From: Antedon mediterranea | Taxonomy: Eukaryota; Animalia; Echinodermata | Direction: 5' to 3' | NCBI RefSeq assembly: GCF_964355755.1 | Contig: NC_092676.1 | Location: 5,867,888-5,931,887, forward strand | DNA length: 64,000 nt | Shown: positions 1 to 16,000 of the stretch, piece by piece | Numbering within the stretch: the stretch's first letter is position 1 | Layout: every line of letters begins with the position of its first letter | Position numbers and translations under genes: made by a program | The notes under the pieces: model-generated | The model's input: only the letters and a program-made list of their open reading frames with translations | Told to the model about the DNA's origin: nothing | Databases searched by the model: none

Positions 1-3000
1 TACGCGTATGTATTATCATTAACAAGAATCTTTTCGAGTAGCCATAGCAGTCAGAACGTCAAACTGGTCCCATCGTTTCAACTATGACTTGATTCTAATA
101 GTAGGCCTAGTATAGCCCTTACGAATCATCATCGTATTGAAAAACACGATTTATCCTATATATATTGATGCGTATTAAAGGATCGTAAATAGGGGATTCA
201 ATAAATTTACAAACGGAAACGATATACTATACAGCACCTCATTACACCCATTAGGCAGAGGTAGAGAGGTCATAAATCCGTTTAAGGGATCCAAGAAATT
301 TACAAACGGATACGAGTAGGTTCTTGAACATTACACCCTCCCCAAAATTCAAAATCCTGGATTACATTCGCCACTGTCTTGGAAAAATGAATAAAAATAG
401 TGATTATTTTTATATCAATTTATTGTATTGTTTTTTTTTCTTTGCAATGATTATTAATCCTCATCTACATTTGTTATAATAATAATAACAACTTTATTTA
501 AAAACGGATGCAACACTTGAATCATCATATTGGTGTTTTTCACAAGGCCGTTACTTACTACAAAAATATTTACACAAGTTATCATTAACAGTACATTATA
601 ATTAAAAAACTATACAAAAAAAAAAATAAAGAAAAAAATGATTTCATGAAAAACATAGAGTTTCAAGTATATTTTATCTTTGGTCATTTATAATTTTTTT
701 AAATATATGTATATTAGGAGCTGTTTGGTTTTTGTGTTTTAATTTTAGTAGACCTACTAAATGATACCAACGTATAATCGTGGTATATAATAGGCCTATT
801 TATTTACGAGATGCGGTAAGGTATTCATGACGTCTACAGTTTTCTACAAAGCTTTTTTACATCAATAAAAAGTAATACTAATTTGTCATCGGTAACCAAA
901 ACCTGTATCTAATAATAGATTTGATTAAATAAGACATTCAGATTGCGCGATGTTAATCAATGGATATTATTCGCGTACACTGACAGATATAGGACTTGGT
1001 GATTAGGGATGCCCGTAGCAAAGTCCTGTATCTTATCAAAAAGGAAAATATTGAACTGCTCATTAGTTAATGTTTATTAATGAACAATATTAATCTTGGT
1101 TCCCACTTTGACGAAGACTAGGTTCTAGACTGTGGTTCGAATTAATATTAAAACAGATAGATATTGTGGCGTTTTATTTTTCTGAACATTTATCAATCAT
1201 CGAAACTGTTTAATTGCGTACTGCCTTGTTTTTCAACGTCAGACGAAGTCACTGGAGACCGTTCATGCTTCGTTGTTTACAGGGGTAAGTTTGTTACTTC
1301 CTACCTACCTCCACCACCAACGTTAGCGATAACTGTGCTCATACCAACTTACAACGGGTAAACAACTAAGCCAGAACGCCGGGCCCCATGTTTCTTCCCA
1401 TACTGTTTTCACTCACGAATTACTTCCAAGCCAATTCTCCATATCCCCCATGGGCCCTTTCCTGCACTCTCTCTTTCCATGCGTGCGCAGACGTCAGAGT
1501 TTTTAATATCCACACTGTTCTTAGCAACTTCATCTGTCAATATTTTTAAAATCCTAACGATATCCCCCACGTACGAACTACAGTAATAACGCAACACAAC
1601 TCGTATAAAATGTCATTTTACAAAACCTTTTACACCTTACCTTTAACATTTAATCTATTATACAACAAACTCTACAAAATCTCATTTGTATCTTTGACCA
1701 ATTCGCTCTTTAACTCGATCTAGTAAAATGTTAAAAGTCGCTGATGTTTTGCTCATAAACTCTACTGGAACACACGACTGATTCACATTGATGAATAATA
1801 TGATGCAAAAGATGACGTTTGAAATATACCGAGAACAAAAAGGTTCTGAATAAAAATGGCATATTGCATGATTTTGATTTATAATGACGCGCTAAGTGTA
1901 AAATATAAATGTAAACAAAACAAAAACAATAAAACTTTAGCGTCATCATGACAACCAACATTTCAATAAAATAAAAAGCATCAACAAGAAAAACAATAAC
2001 AACTGCTGACGTCATATTAATTTTAATTAGAGTAAAGGTCATTCCTTTAATATCGTTCACGTGTTTCATGTTTCGTCCAATTCCTTAAGAATTTGGAAAT
2101 GAACTTCGTGATATCCGTTTCTGTTTTATCATTTTGCTTGATAAACGGATTGATATTATGTCCAGAAAGAAGTCAGAAAATGACATAGAAAACTGTATAG
2201 TTGGCCTAAACTTCATTTAGTTCATATAAAATTATTAGAATTAATTAGATAGCTCAGCTGTAATACCTTATAAAATACAATAAGCATAGGTCTACTCTAT
2301 AGAAAATATATAATTAAAGAAAAAATACACAAACCAATTCAACAAACAACCAATTTCGAGTGCCGGTTACTTGGATAAACCGACAATGGCCTTACTCTAC
2401 AAACTCACTAGAGGATATTACAACTAGCACCCCTATCGGATAATTGAGTCATCCATTAAGCCTTCTTCTGGGAGCAATCTAACATATTAATTTCTTTTCG
2501 CAACGTAGTCGTGTGTACGTTGATATTGCGTATACAGTATATTATCAGTCAATGAGAGATAATAACAATTAGTTTATAGAAAGTAATTAATATTAAACCT
2601 ATATATATTTAATATTTAGTATGAATATTTACATGCGGGTCTATGTTGCGCGTGCGTACAATTGAGAACTAGTGATGTTTCTTCATAAATTTAAACACAA
2701 AAATAATAAAGCGGAAGAATATTATTATTTTTAATTTGCAAAGATTGTATAGTATAAAATACAGTACTTTAACATAAATTATAGATAACCAAAATCTTTT
2801 CTGTTCTGTTCTTTAGAACGGGAAAGATTTAATTTTGTAAAATCCAATGAAATTAATCTATCTCAATATCAAACACCTTTTACTTCATATTCCTTTTTTT
2901 CTCTGCTTACAAAATGGTGTATAAATCACACATATCCATCAAGTCTAGACTCAAAAGATTATTACATTTAACTAAATTAAGATTAAAATAAAACCTTAAT

Positions 3001-3937
3001 AGGGTAGTATTGCTGCCAGCTATGACGTAGTGACATTTATACATAAACCTTGCAATGTATACTCTAACTATATATATATAAATCTAACTTATCTTCGGGG
3101 CTTTAATATTTGATATTTTTGACAGCAACATTTACGTCCTAGCTTCCCACTATTTACAAAATATGATTTTTATCTTGATCTACTGGATAATGTGAATTAT
3201 AATGACATTATGGACGGCTACCGTGTACCAATATTTGTCTCTTTATTTTCCTATAAATGTCCGACTCAAACTGGTAAATAAAGTGATGTCCTATCTTTTG
3301 CATTAAAATGTTCGAAATTGTGGTGTGGGGTGGAGCGTATTCTCCCTTGAAAAGTGTCCTCTCAATGGTAGAATTAGAAATGTATCCTCACTTACCCGGC
3401 CCTCCCTATTCAGTTGACACTCCTATGATCTCGAAGGTGTCCCCTCAATATGTGCTCTACTGTGAAAAACGGACGGTACCGTGGATTGTATATGTGCAGT
3501 CGCGTGCTCAAATTAGTGTTTACCAACCAACCGACCGAAATTCCGACCAACCGACCGACATAGCGAGCTGTCGAGTCGCGTTGCACGCGAATAATTACTC
3601 TCGTAGATTGGTACATCTTGTTATTGTGTTTGTGGATTTCTTTTTTCTTAAAAAAATTTAATTTTCCTAAAAAAATATGTATCTTACCTTATGATTTAAG
3701 GTTATATTGATCAAAACGTACAAGAACACTTAAATTACGAAAAATACATATAAATAGTAAGCCTGATGTATTCATGATATACAGTGAATAAATTTAAAAT
3801 ATATTATAATTTAATGCTTTCTGACTGCTTTAATGATTTAACGTTTTCGGAATAATTTAATTTAAAACGCCTTCACATTTGATTAACGTACGGTAAATGT
3901 TCAACACGTTGGTGGCGCTTTAAAACCTCAGGTGTCT

Positions 3938-3945
3938 ATGCAAAT
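3938..3945 (+). promoter_or_regulatory. Octamer (POU-binding) motif ATGCAAAT upstream of gene A
   Basis: Exact motif 73 bp before the ATG, in the context TATGCAAATTA shared with the B promoters. Confidence 0.5.
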
Positions 3946-4010
3946 TAACTGGATAATTTGCAACGCTCACAAGAACTTGCTGCGACAGATGGTAGAGAAG
4001 ACAGGGAAGA

Positions 4011-7000
4011 ATGGCAAGGGAGTTTTACGCCCTTGGTTTGAAACTAGCGTTGGTAATGTGCTTGTTTGCTACGAGAATATTGACCCAAGCCGCGGTAAGA
4101 AATGAGCTTAAGTGTTATTCGGTACGCCTACGATAACGTGATAGCCTTAAGCAATACATCGATGCTATTTTGAAACAAAATAGGACTGAATTGAATATTG
4201 AACTTATATTTGTGCATAACAACATGTATGAAACTATCGGTTGCAGAAAACAAAATCCCAATAATTATATCATGTAAACTTAGTAGGCGGTTGAAAGTAA
4301 TTCCTGTGTTGTACAATTATGTCTTATGTATTATTTTTAGCATATTATAAGTACCTGCTGGCCGTTATGAATATTGGTCTCAGTATATGCATATATCATA
4401 TAATTACAAGTATTAGTTTAATTTGTTTTCGATAAATGACAATTAATCTAGCTAATAATGTAGCTCATTTACAACGATGTTTCATGTTTCACCCGACAGC
4501 TTTTGCCAGAAGAAGCAAGACGTCTGAAAGAAACTATTTTACAACGTCAAGGCGACACGGCACAAGTGATCATTCCCCGCGACTGTAACCGGGAACTTAA
4601 CAGAGAATCGGGATGTGTAACATCTCCAAACTGGCCTAGGAAATCAATTGATTTTACTGAATGTAGAGTAGGTGTAAAGACAGACGATAACGGAGAAAGG
4701 GTGTTATTGACGTTTAACAATTTTACGCTAGAAGGTGGACAAACATGTACACATAACAACTACGTAGAGGTGGGTTATACATTTGTTAGTTGCTGCTTAT
4801 AACAAATCAACTTTGTTAGATTTGATCATTAGTCCTACTAGTTTTTTTAATCGCTGTTCAAGTTTTTTCAGAGTTATTCTCAAGCAGTGACATGAGGTGC
4901 GGCATATTAGTATTTTACACAAACTTTTTTATTTCCTTTCAAATAATGTTTACTATTTTTGAAAAATACTAGGCCTCTTATCTCATATTAAAACTAATAA
5001 AAGGTTCTTTTAACTGTCTGGCTATTCGTACGACGCAGTGTAGATCCTTTCAAACGCACTTGATCCATTGCGAAGTTGTCAGCAAGACTGACGATTTACG
5101 TCGACATAATTTCCGTTGCTTTGTATACAGTGTAACACACAAAACATTACTAATCAACATAAGTAGATTTGACGAAAATAGTAATGTGTTATCTTACAGT
5201 TAACTGATGCGAAATCCAGTCGCACGAGTAGGTTGTGTGGAACGCAGCATCCGTTCACCTGGCTCTCCGATTCAAATTACTTTCTGGTTGACTTAAGGGC
5301 GCCCTCTCAGAAGCAATTCAATCGTTTCAATGCAACATACACGCGATTCAAACCATCTCCCGTGAACGGTAAGATTACAAGTGTAAATAACTTCAAATAC
5401 GATTGATCGGTTACGTAATAACATTATAGGAAGACAAGGTTCGCCTCGTGTTCCAGTCATTACGCAGGCTTAATATAAAACTTGCAAGAGCTGCCATTAA
5501 CATTATCAAATAGATAAATTCTGCTGTAACCGATTTATACAATGTAAATGGTAATCAATTATAAACTGTCTACTTCTAGTTTCCTCAAGGACCACAATCC
5601 AGTTTGACTTTTTAATATAGTACGTTGTCTAGTTCGTATTTTTAATATCATAGGTTATCTAGTTCGTATTTTTAATATCATACGTTATCTAGTTCGTATT
5701 TTTAATATAGCACGTTATCCAGTTCACCTTTAGTACATTATGATAGTACATTGCATAGCCTCCAGAAACTTTCATAGTTCTCTACACGTCGGGCAACTAG
5801 GCCTAAGTAACCATGGACCCATCGATACACCATGGACCCATCGATACACCATGGACCCATCGATACACCATGGACACATAGATACACCATGGACACATAG
5901 ATACACCATGGACACATAGATACACCAGGAACCCACAGATACACCAGGAACCCACAGATACACCAGGGACCCACAGATACACCAGGGACCCACATATACA
6001 CCAGGGACACACAGATACACCATGGACACACAGATACACCATGGACACACAGATACACCATGGACACACAGATACACCATGGACACACAGATACACCATG
6101 GACACACAGATACACCATGGACACACAGATACACCATGGACACACAGATACACCATGGACACACAGATACACCATGGACACACAGATACACCAGGGACAC
6201 ACAGATACACCAGGGACACACAGATACACCAGGGACACACAGATACACCAGGGACACACAGATACACCAGGGACCCATATATACACCAGGGACCCACAGA
6301 TATTGGCCTACCATGAACTCATAGATCTACCATGGACCCATAGATACATCATGGACCCATAGATACATCATGGACCCATAGATACATCATGGACCCATAG
6401 ATACATCATGGACCCATAGATACATCATGGACCCATAGATACATCATGGACCCATAGATTCATCATGGACCCATAGATTCATCATGGACCCATAGATTCA
6501 TCATGGACCCATAGATTCATCATGGACCCATAGATACACCATGGACCCATAGATACACCATGGACCGATAGATACACCATGGACCGATAGATATAGGCCT
6601 ACCATGGACCCATAGATACACCATGGACCCATAGATACACTATGGACCCATAGATTCACCATGGACCCATAGATACACCATGGACCCATAGATGTTGTCA
6701 CATTAAATAATCTTCTGGTATGTTTTAGTTTGCAGCAAAGTATTCACGGCAGACGTTGGTAGTTTCAACATTACCACTGCAGGTTATTTAACGTACCAGG
6801 ATACCATATCATTCAGGCCATCAACAACAACCAAATGTGAACTTTTTTTCACCACTCAACCAAACAAACGCATTTCTGTGATGTTGAAACGTCTTTTGGT
6901 TGAAGAATGTACAAAACCTCTTGTTGTGAGTACAATTTAACCTTTAAAAAAATTGTTATCACTAAAATACTTACATGGTTTCAGATTGGTTCGATGCCAA

Positions 7001-10000
7001 CTGTGTGGAAAACTACGAATTCTGTTCTTTATGGCGCGCTAAGCTCTGGTGCGCCAAACTGTCATTTATTCGGAAATAAAGATTCGGATATTTGCCGATA
7101 AATGAATTGTGTGGGCCATATAGTGCTTCTTACTTACAAACTGTATGACATGTGCTTTTAATCTGTTTTAGTTAACGGTCCTTATTTTTTTAAACAATCA
7201 ATAGTTGCACGCAGACTGCTCGTTAACCCTTAAAAAGGCTTAAATATCCACTTATGATAATTTCATTTTGCTTTCATAGATAACCGATTTATTGACGCAC
7301 CGTCGAGAGCAACTATGTGGCGACCACACATTCGTATCTTCGACGTCTGACAGCAATCAGGTTTTGGTTGAATATACCGTCGACAGTCGTCACAATTTAC
7401 AAATGTACATGCAATACAACACTCTAGAACGGCCACAATGTACGTACATATGTGCAGAAGCTATATCGTTCATCTCTATATTAATATATAATTACATTTG
7501 TTTCAAGTGACGTCAACACAGCATGACGTGATCAACACATCATGACGTGATCAACACATCATGACGTGATCAACACATCATGACGTGATCAACATGCATG
7601 ACGTGATCAACATGCATGACGTGATCAACATGCATGACGTGATCAACATGCATGACGTGATCAACATGCATGACGTGATCAACATGCATGACGTGATCAA
7701 CATGCATGACGTGATCAACATGCATGACGTGATCAACATGCATGACGTGATCAACATGCATGACGTGATCAACATGCATGACGTGATCAACATGCATGAC
7801 GTGATCAACATGTCGGGACTAACACGACGTGACCTAACACGACGTGACCTATACGACATTTTAATACACATACCAAAAAAGAGTAAAACAAATTTAAATA
7901 AGATGAAGGGACCTCCAGGAAACCCCAAGGAGCTTGTGATAGGAGGCCCACAAAAAAGCAGTTACATTAAGATAATAAATAAATAGCCCGTATGTATATT
8001 AATATACATTTAATTTACATTAACAGCTTGCAGTGAGTCTATTGTTGGATTAGGAGAAACCATTCAAAAGTATGAATTTACATCTCCCAACTATCCTCAA
8101 CCTTATCCCAGCAACTTGGACTGCCAGATTATCTTACGGACATCTCCTGGCAACGTGATTTTCCTCAATTTTACGGATTTCGTGTTTGAACCGCCATTAC
8201 TAGTTTCTGGAAAGAAGGTCTGCGTACACGACTTTGTTGAGGTACAGTATAATATAGGCCTATAGAATATTGAAAGAATATGCGTCAAAACATAGCAACT
8301 TGACTTATGAACAACCGTTTTTCTGCTGTAATGTGGTCAGAATTAACCTAGTTAATGGAATGGAGTGGACCTTGTATAATTCCAATCTTTACTATGAAAT
8401 TCTTGAGCTAAATGTTCTAGTATGTTTTTGTTTTGTTTCAGATTCGTGACGTAAGCACCAATAGACTGTATCGTCTCTGTGACAGTTACCACAAATTCAC
8501 CTGGACCTCTGATAGCAATGAAGTTGTCCTAACTTGCAAAACTAATGACATCTTTGACTACACTGGTTTCAAAGCAACTGCAATGGCCCTTCCGAGACAA
8601 CCTAATCCAGGTCTGAGTTATTTATTATTTTATTTATAGACGAGTCGTCTTGAGATAGCGTCGGGCGTAGTGTTTAGGTTGTCGGGAGAACATTAAACAT
8701 GTTTTATTTCCTCCCGAGAGACGATTCGTCGGGCCTCGTCGTACGACGCTGTCCGAGTTAGCCTTAAGCTAACCTTCCATAAAGTAGATACCATTTGGAA
8801 TTTGCTTATGATACTAAGAATATAGACTTAATTTTCCATTTCAGATTGTATGTCAATAACGACAACGAACCCATTTGTACTGACGTCATTCAATTACCCA
8901 TTGCCTTACCCTTCCGACTCCAATTGTGAGATGATCATTCTACGTCAGCTTCCAGGGCATTACATCACGCTAGACTTCAGTGATTTCCAACTTGAGGGAG
9001 GTGATTGTGACAGTGATTATTTAGAGGTAGGTTATCCGGTGCCCTCGGGTTTTTACCAAATACTAACGAGTACAACCAAAGTAACCGAATTCCCGAACTC
9101 CTGTACAAAATAATCTACCGGTATGGTTTAGGCCAAACGACAAAATGTACGAGCTCACAGAAGTAGCTTGAAAGAACTCGGTTAACGAATTCTAACGAGT
9201 GCACCCGAATGAACCGAAGTATCTAACGACCTTTTTCACGCTTCTCTCACAGTTAACAACTTTAGCATCCAATACGTCTGCAAGATATTGTGGAACTCTC
9301 AATCCTTTTAGTTGGACATCGGATGCAAATGAGGTGAAAGTTCACTTTCAAAGCAGTTCTTGGATTGAATTAACGGGCTTCAAGGCGGAAAGTTCGGTGC
9401 TGCCTCGTCCGATTCGTACGCCAGAAAATGCAGGTAAGTATTCCTTTAAAGCAATGTTCCTTTTCCCTCAATTTATAAATAAATTGCGGCATGAGGGGTA
9501 ATTCTTGTAAGTTAACATTGTTGGTTCTCATTACCTAGATTGTAATGCAGTACTGCGCGCAAAGTCTAGTCGTATTCAACTTCCGGTGAATCCTGATTTG
9601 CCGCCGTTCAAAGGATCCGATTGTCTCATCGTCATCCACGTTGATCCACAAGAGAAGATTCTCCTTCACTTCGTCGACTTCAAGGTTTCAAATTTAAATT
9701 CGGATCTGGACTATGTTGAGGTAGGTTTAAAATATATTTGCTTCAATCTACATAATATTATAAACGCACACGAAAATATTAATAATGGTATACCTTCGAT
9801 GGAAATCCGAAACATAGACTATAAGGGTAAAATGCATTTGGATGGAATTATGACATGTCGAGCCCCGTCATAATACATGTATTTTGACGACGTTATTTTT
9901 CAGAAGGTTCGTTTCGCCCTTCTATGCTGCTCGTATTCCTATAATTACAAACTTACATTTTATCTCCTGTTAGGTACGTGACATTACCGTATCGGACAAC

Positions 10001-13000
10001 GAACATCGTTCCCGTTATACTGGACATTTGGATCCGTTTACGTGGACAAGTGCAAGGAATGAGATTGCTATCCTCATCCACGATGAAAACGTCATCACTT
10101 CCGTTGCTTTCACTGCAGACTATGAGGCGTTACCTAGGTCAACAGAGGGTAAGAATCTTGAGGATTTCTCGATTGACGATTTTTAAAACGCGTAAAATGT
10201 TTCAGTAGGCTATTACGGAGCTATTGACTTGCGATGATCTACAGGTCCCATGATTAGTTAAGCTATGATTGTGCGCATGCTAGAGAATCGGTTTCACCCA
10301 ACCTCGACACTGTAGTTTTGACCGATTTTGTCTCCGGTTGACCAGTAACTCTGAGCGTGAAACTTTCCGACTCAATAGCTGCGCAGTGGTACATCGTGAA
10401 ATCAATGTTTGTGTTGCGCATATCCCGAAAAATGACATCGGCAGTTTTTGGGTTTTTTTAGCTTTCATTGTTCTTGTGTGTGCAGAACGACCTTTAGACA
10501 GGATAGCTTTGTAGAAAAGTAGTAAAAAATTGTTTTTATTTCATATAGGATGCGAACGTGTACTGACGTCGGACACTGGAGAAATAAACTGGCCGGCAGA
10601 CTTCCAAACAGCAACCAGTGATTGTGACGTCACAATTCGAACAGATCCTACCAACGTGATTATTGTGAAATTCAAAGAGTTTAGAATGGATGGCGAATTC
10701 GATTGTTTTTCTCATTCCTTGAAGGTAGGCCTAAGTGATGCGTTTCATTGCCCATACGACGCTACTTCTGAAGCTAACCTGGGCGATTTTGAAGTCATTA
10801 AAACCCTGGACCTACAGTACTTAAACTGATATATTGATTTGTCCGATCCACCAAGTAAATCCGTGGAATAATTTTCTTTTTATTAAAAGATTGAAGATAG
10901 AACAACGAAACGAACTGATCTGTTTTGCTCAACTCTATGGGAGTTTTCATGGATGAGTGAATCCAATGAAATCAATCTTGCATTCAAACATAAAAATGTG
11001 ATCAAAGCAACTGTAAGAGCAAGTTACCGAGTCGTACCGCGCCCTCCTGTTTCGGGTATGTTTATATTTAGAATATTTAAATTGGTATTGAATGAATATA
11101 TATTTTCCTGGAAAGGGGTTCCTAGGTCTTTCATTTTGTTTACATAGAATTAAGTTGATGCCGAAGAGTTTTTAAAGTATATATTGTCCTGTATGTTTGG
11201 ATTATTAAACAATATAGTGCCCTCTATGATTGGGTCACGCTTTTATAAAATCTCCGATATATAAAGATGTATTGTCCCCCAAAAGCATGAAAAATGAAGA
11301 TGAATTAAAAATCAGACTTTTAATGTTATTTTGTATAGTTTTAATAAAGTTATCACTTCCGTAGAAAAAAAACCGAGAAAAAAAAATAATGTTTTAACTT
11401 TTTTTAAATGACAAAAATAAATGGTTAAATTCAACAAAAAAAACCATTAGCTGGCAGCAAATTTGACCATTTTTTGCTTTAAATTACAGGTTTTTTTTAG
11501 GTAAATACATTTTTTTTCGATCTAATTTTTGGTCAAAGTGGATAACTATTATGTTATTTTAAAATGGCACATTCAACAAAAATTGTATTTTTTTAAATTT
11601 AATTTGGGAATTTGTTTTGTAGGAATAATTAGGTTCATCTTTACAACGAATGTGTACTCGGTTTATGATGAATTCATTTCCCGAGGCTAGTAATATAATT
11701 AGAATGGTTGGGCGGAAAGGTTGATCTACAGTGGAATGTTGTAGGACCCTGGGACGTCGGTGTAGCGACACTGCAAAACACAGTTTATATGTTTTATTAG
11801 CCCCTTGCATTAGCTAATTTATTTGTGTGGGTTGATAAAATTATGCGCTTCATTTATACTACAATGAATAATTATTGGGTTTTAAACTTTTAGCCTTCAA
11901 CCAGTTCTTCTCAAGCCCACAAGAAGTACTATCATCACTAGAGCACAACAGGGATGACATAATCAATAAGAACTGTACTATTCTAGTACAAGTGCATCCG
12001 GAGCATAGGATAGTATTCAACGTCACCGATTTCCTGATCGGAAACAAACAGAAAGAGAATAAGCCACAACTGCACTGCAAAGATGAGTTCGTAGAGGTAG
12101 GCCTACTAATAATTATATATAATATAAACAATCTCTGTTCTGGAGGTCCAGTTATATAAGTTAATGATGGGAATTCACAGTGGTGTTAAATATGAATGTC
12201 TTAAGCTCTGTCACCGCCAACTTTATGTTGCAAAAAATGTGAAGTGCCCATAATATGGACATGATGATGTCATATCACTACCATAATTGGGCAGATCACG
12301 GTTTTTTTTGTCAAATTAGCTTGATAGTGTAGAACATAAACGTGTGTCTAGCGACATTAAACATCCCGAGTATTACCGCTCGTGTATCTGGTAGAATCGA
12401 TGTAATAACAACGGTTGGATACAGAAGCCTAATTACCTTTGGACACATCTCATTACACAGTAATTGCAATGTTCAACATGTATACGGTAACGTGTAAAGG
12501 GACCACTTGTAGTTAGTTTCTCTTTTAACATCCACCTATTTTGTGATTTACTTTTGTTAAATAAATCTGAACTTGATTGATTACACATAAGTTACTATGC
12601 TCTAATAATGATTGCTTTTAATTTCAGTTTAAAGATCTGACAAGCGGTCGCACCCACGTGTATTGTGGAGAATTTGACATTTTCAGTTTAAGTTCCGACT
12701 CAAACCTGATGAGTATTACGTTCCGAATAAACAAATATCCGACGTACAGTATATTCAGAGCTCGTTACAGGTCTTTGCCCAAGATAGAAGGTAAAACAAT
12801 GTATTCATTGACTGTCGATCATAAAAACTAAATATTCTTTATAGCATCATCCTCAGAATATTCATAAGTAGTGTTCATGTGCAGAACAAATTACAATACA
12901 CTACGCAGAATTACCGATACGAATACGAATCATTTTTATTGCAATTTAAAATCATAAATTGAAGTTTAACAATCATAGAATATTGAACACAAAGATCAAA

Positions 13001-16000
13001 TAGAAGCAAAAAGTAGATTACATAACACAAACACTAAACTGAAGTGTCGACTTCCTAACGAAACATTCTAATCTCATCTTTTTATTTTTCACTTGGAAAA
13101 GAAAATTCTCCGAATTAAAAGCGTTTTACTTACCGCAATGAAAGTCTTGTTAAGCTGTCAATTTAACTTCCTCAATTATGGTTTAAGTTATTTTCCTAGT
13201 ATTTTATTACTTCCGCAGAGGATAGGTACTTAAATACTTTGATTTCCTACCAAACGTAAATACGTAATAGTATATTATATATTTTATAAGTAATAACTCT
13301 ATGTATTTTTTAGGATGCAATCACATTTACCTGGATATTAGTGGCACGATCTCTACTCCCAACTTTCCACAACCGTATTCCGGAAAGGGCAAGTGTCAAC
13401 ATATAATCTCGACTAAACCCGGAAGTTTGCTCAATCTGAGATTTGAAGTATTTGATTTGGCTCCGGAACACTGCAACGATTTTGTAAAGGTAATTGTAGG
13501 CGAGTCCCACTATAATCGTGATATGGTAAAAATTCGTTTAGGAATCGTTCAATTCTTTTGGAATACAGTTTTTTCCAAATCAAACCCAAGCCTTTAGGGG
13601 TATACTTTTGTCAAATCCAAAACGTTTGGAGTATAGTTTTGTTCCATTTACTCCAAGCCTTTTTGAGTATAGTTTTGTTTCTAAGTATAATCCAAACATT
13701 TTGCATGTTTTGTTGACCAAGAATCAAATCCATACTTTGATTTGTTTTGTCCTTTTTAATTTTGTGTCTAGAGAACACAATTGCACATAACACGATGTAC
13801 ATAATTTTGCATGTTTCATCATTTTGCATTACAAATCAAATCCATAATTGGTGATTTGCTTTGTCTTTATAATTTTGATGGTATAACAATGTGTCTTTAG
13901 TTGGAGACCACGTTACTTTATTCGAAATACACATAACACGATGTTTCCCAATTCTGCGTGTTTTAGGTTATTGATATGGGTACGGATAGAATGACGAAGA
14001 TCTGTGGCTCGTATCCGCTATTCTCATGGACGTCTGATTCAAATGAAGTTTTAGTGGAGATCAATCTTTCTGAAAACAAAGATGGCTATAAAGGCGTAAA
14101 AGTAACATACGAGCGTATACAACGATCACTAATTGACGGTAATTAAAGTTTTCTTGCCCTATAAATATGGCTGACCGATCGACATCATACCTTAAGACAA
14201 TTTACCTCTTGCGAATGAGGGTACGTTTATTGTAAATACATAATATAATCATGGGGTCATTATCAAGTCCAATGAGTAAAATTTAAAACAACAACTGATG
14301 GAGTCGAAACGTCGTTCTTTTTTAAGCGTTATTTTTATATTATGAATTTACCTCTTCTCACACTAAAAATAGAGAGTATGGCCAGTATTTATTTAGCGTA
14401 TTCAAAGGCAATTTCAAGAGTGAAAGTCACTCGTCAAAAGAGTGACTAAATTTTACTCCTAAAGAAGTTGTGAAAGAGGACATTGCAGTGTATCCACTCT
14501 AAAAAGTCATGTATATAAATGATCAAATCCTAAAGAGTTAAATCCACTCTATAAATTGTTTGTTAATATTCTTTTAAAATAAAAATATCAAATAGTTTGG
14601 CTTACTATTTCGTTACATTTCACAACTGTTCATACACCTCGAATATAACCTAATAATTTGCTTTTAATTGTTAATCCTAGAGTGTTACGTTCAACTTTTT
14701 GATCCAACGGTACCAATCCAAGTTCCCGGAGACTTTGTTGTTAAAGATCCCGAGCATGCGTACTGCCAGTTCTACCTTCACGCCGACCCAGACTATAGTA
14801 TACGATTGACGGTAGAAGAATTCGAAGAAGTTACAAATTGTTCAGACAGTGGAATTGTGGTAAGCTGAATTTTTAAATTCATAAAAGATCAAAAGTCAAT
14901 CACATGACCACCAGATTTGAAGTTCTACATTTTATAAACCGAATAATTCTATCTCCATTTGTAAATTGTGTAATTACAGATTACAGATATAGCTACAGCA
15001 AGAACAAACGAATACTGCCAAATCGCTCATACGTTTTCCTGGTCAGCGGAGACTAACGAACTTCACATAGGTTTGTTTGCACGAAAAGACAGACTGCCAA
15101 AATTTCTAGCCAGATGGACACTTACACCAAGGGTAGCTGAAACAAGTACGTGAAAACGTGTTTTCTACTAGTTTGAATGTTTTCAAATTGGGCCTACAAG
15201 AATTGCCAAATTGGGCCGGGTCGAGTTTTTAGTTGGGCATGGGCCGAGGACAATTATTAAAGGGGTGAAAAAGGTCTATAAACACGATATATAAACTTAA
15301 ACTTAAATTCTGTAGAAAAAGATAATGTATTTCTGATCTAATAATTGTTTTTTTTTTTCAATTTAAAAATTATTTTTCTTTTAGTTGCAACTGACGAGCC
15401 GCCGTACTTGGTTCACATGTTTTCAGAAGTAGATATTTTTCCAATTCCCGTTAAATTGATAATTTATACTGTGCCAAATAGGAGGATTTTAGTCATAATT
15501 GCAGTGTTCATTGTTCCACATGAAAGATGCGAGATATATCCACTAACAGTAAGTTATTTTAAATGAGATTTGATTATTATTGATGGTATTTTATTCATTA
15601 GATAATTGTTCACTTCCGTATTTCACAGAACCACAATTATCCATGTTTCAACGTGGCCCATCTTTGGTTGGAAACATCCACTAATTACTAGGCCTCGCCT
15701 AACCTCTTCCTAAAGCCCCGTCTACACTATAGAACTAGTTTGACAAAAAAAGTGTAATGTGTCCAAATATGGTAGTGATATGTCCAAACATGGTAGTGAT
15801 ATGTCCAAACATGGTAGTGATATGTCCAAACATGGTAGTGATATGTCCAAACATGGTAGTGATATGTCCAAACATGGTAGTGATATGACACCATGTTGAT
15901 ATATGGGCACATCACATGTTTTGATGGTGCAGACAGGGCTTAAGATCATTACTCTCTCGGAAGATGAGACACGAATGCTTGATGGCCTCAAGACCTCATC

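Noticed and set aside
1300-1600. GC-richer block with a minus-strand donor-like site (gag|gtaggt), possibly the first exon of a divergent gene
   Set aside because: No convincing ORF or homology; cannot be supported without transcripts.
5738-6701. Overlapping Cys/Val-rich and His/Thr-rich ORFs
   Set aside because: Translations of the 19-bp intronic minisatellite.
7570-7986. (MHVDHV)n and (INMHDV)n ORFs
   Set aside because: 18-bp tandem repeat inside an intron; no splice context.
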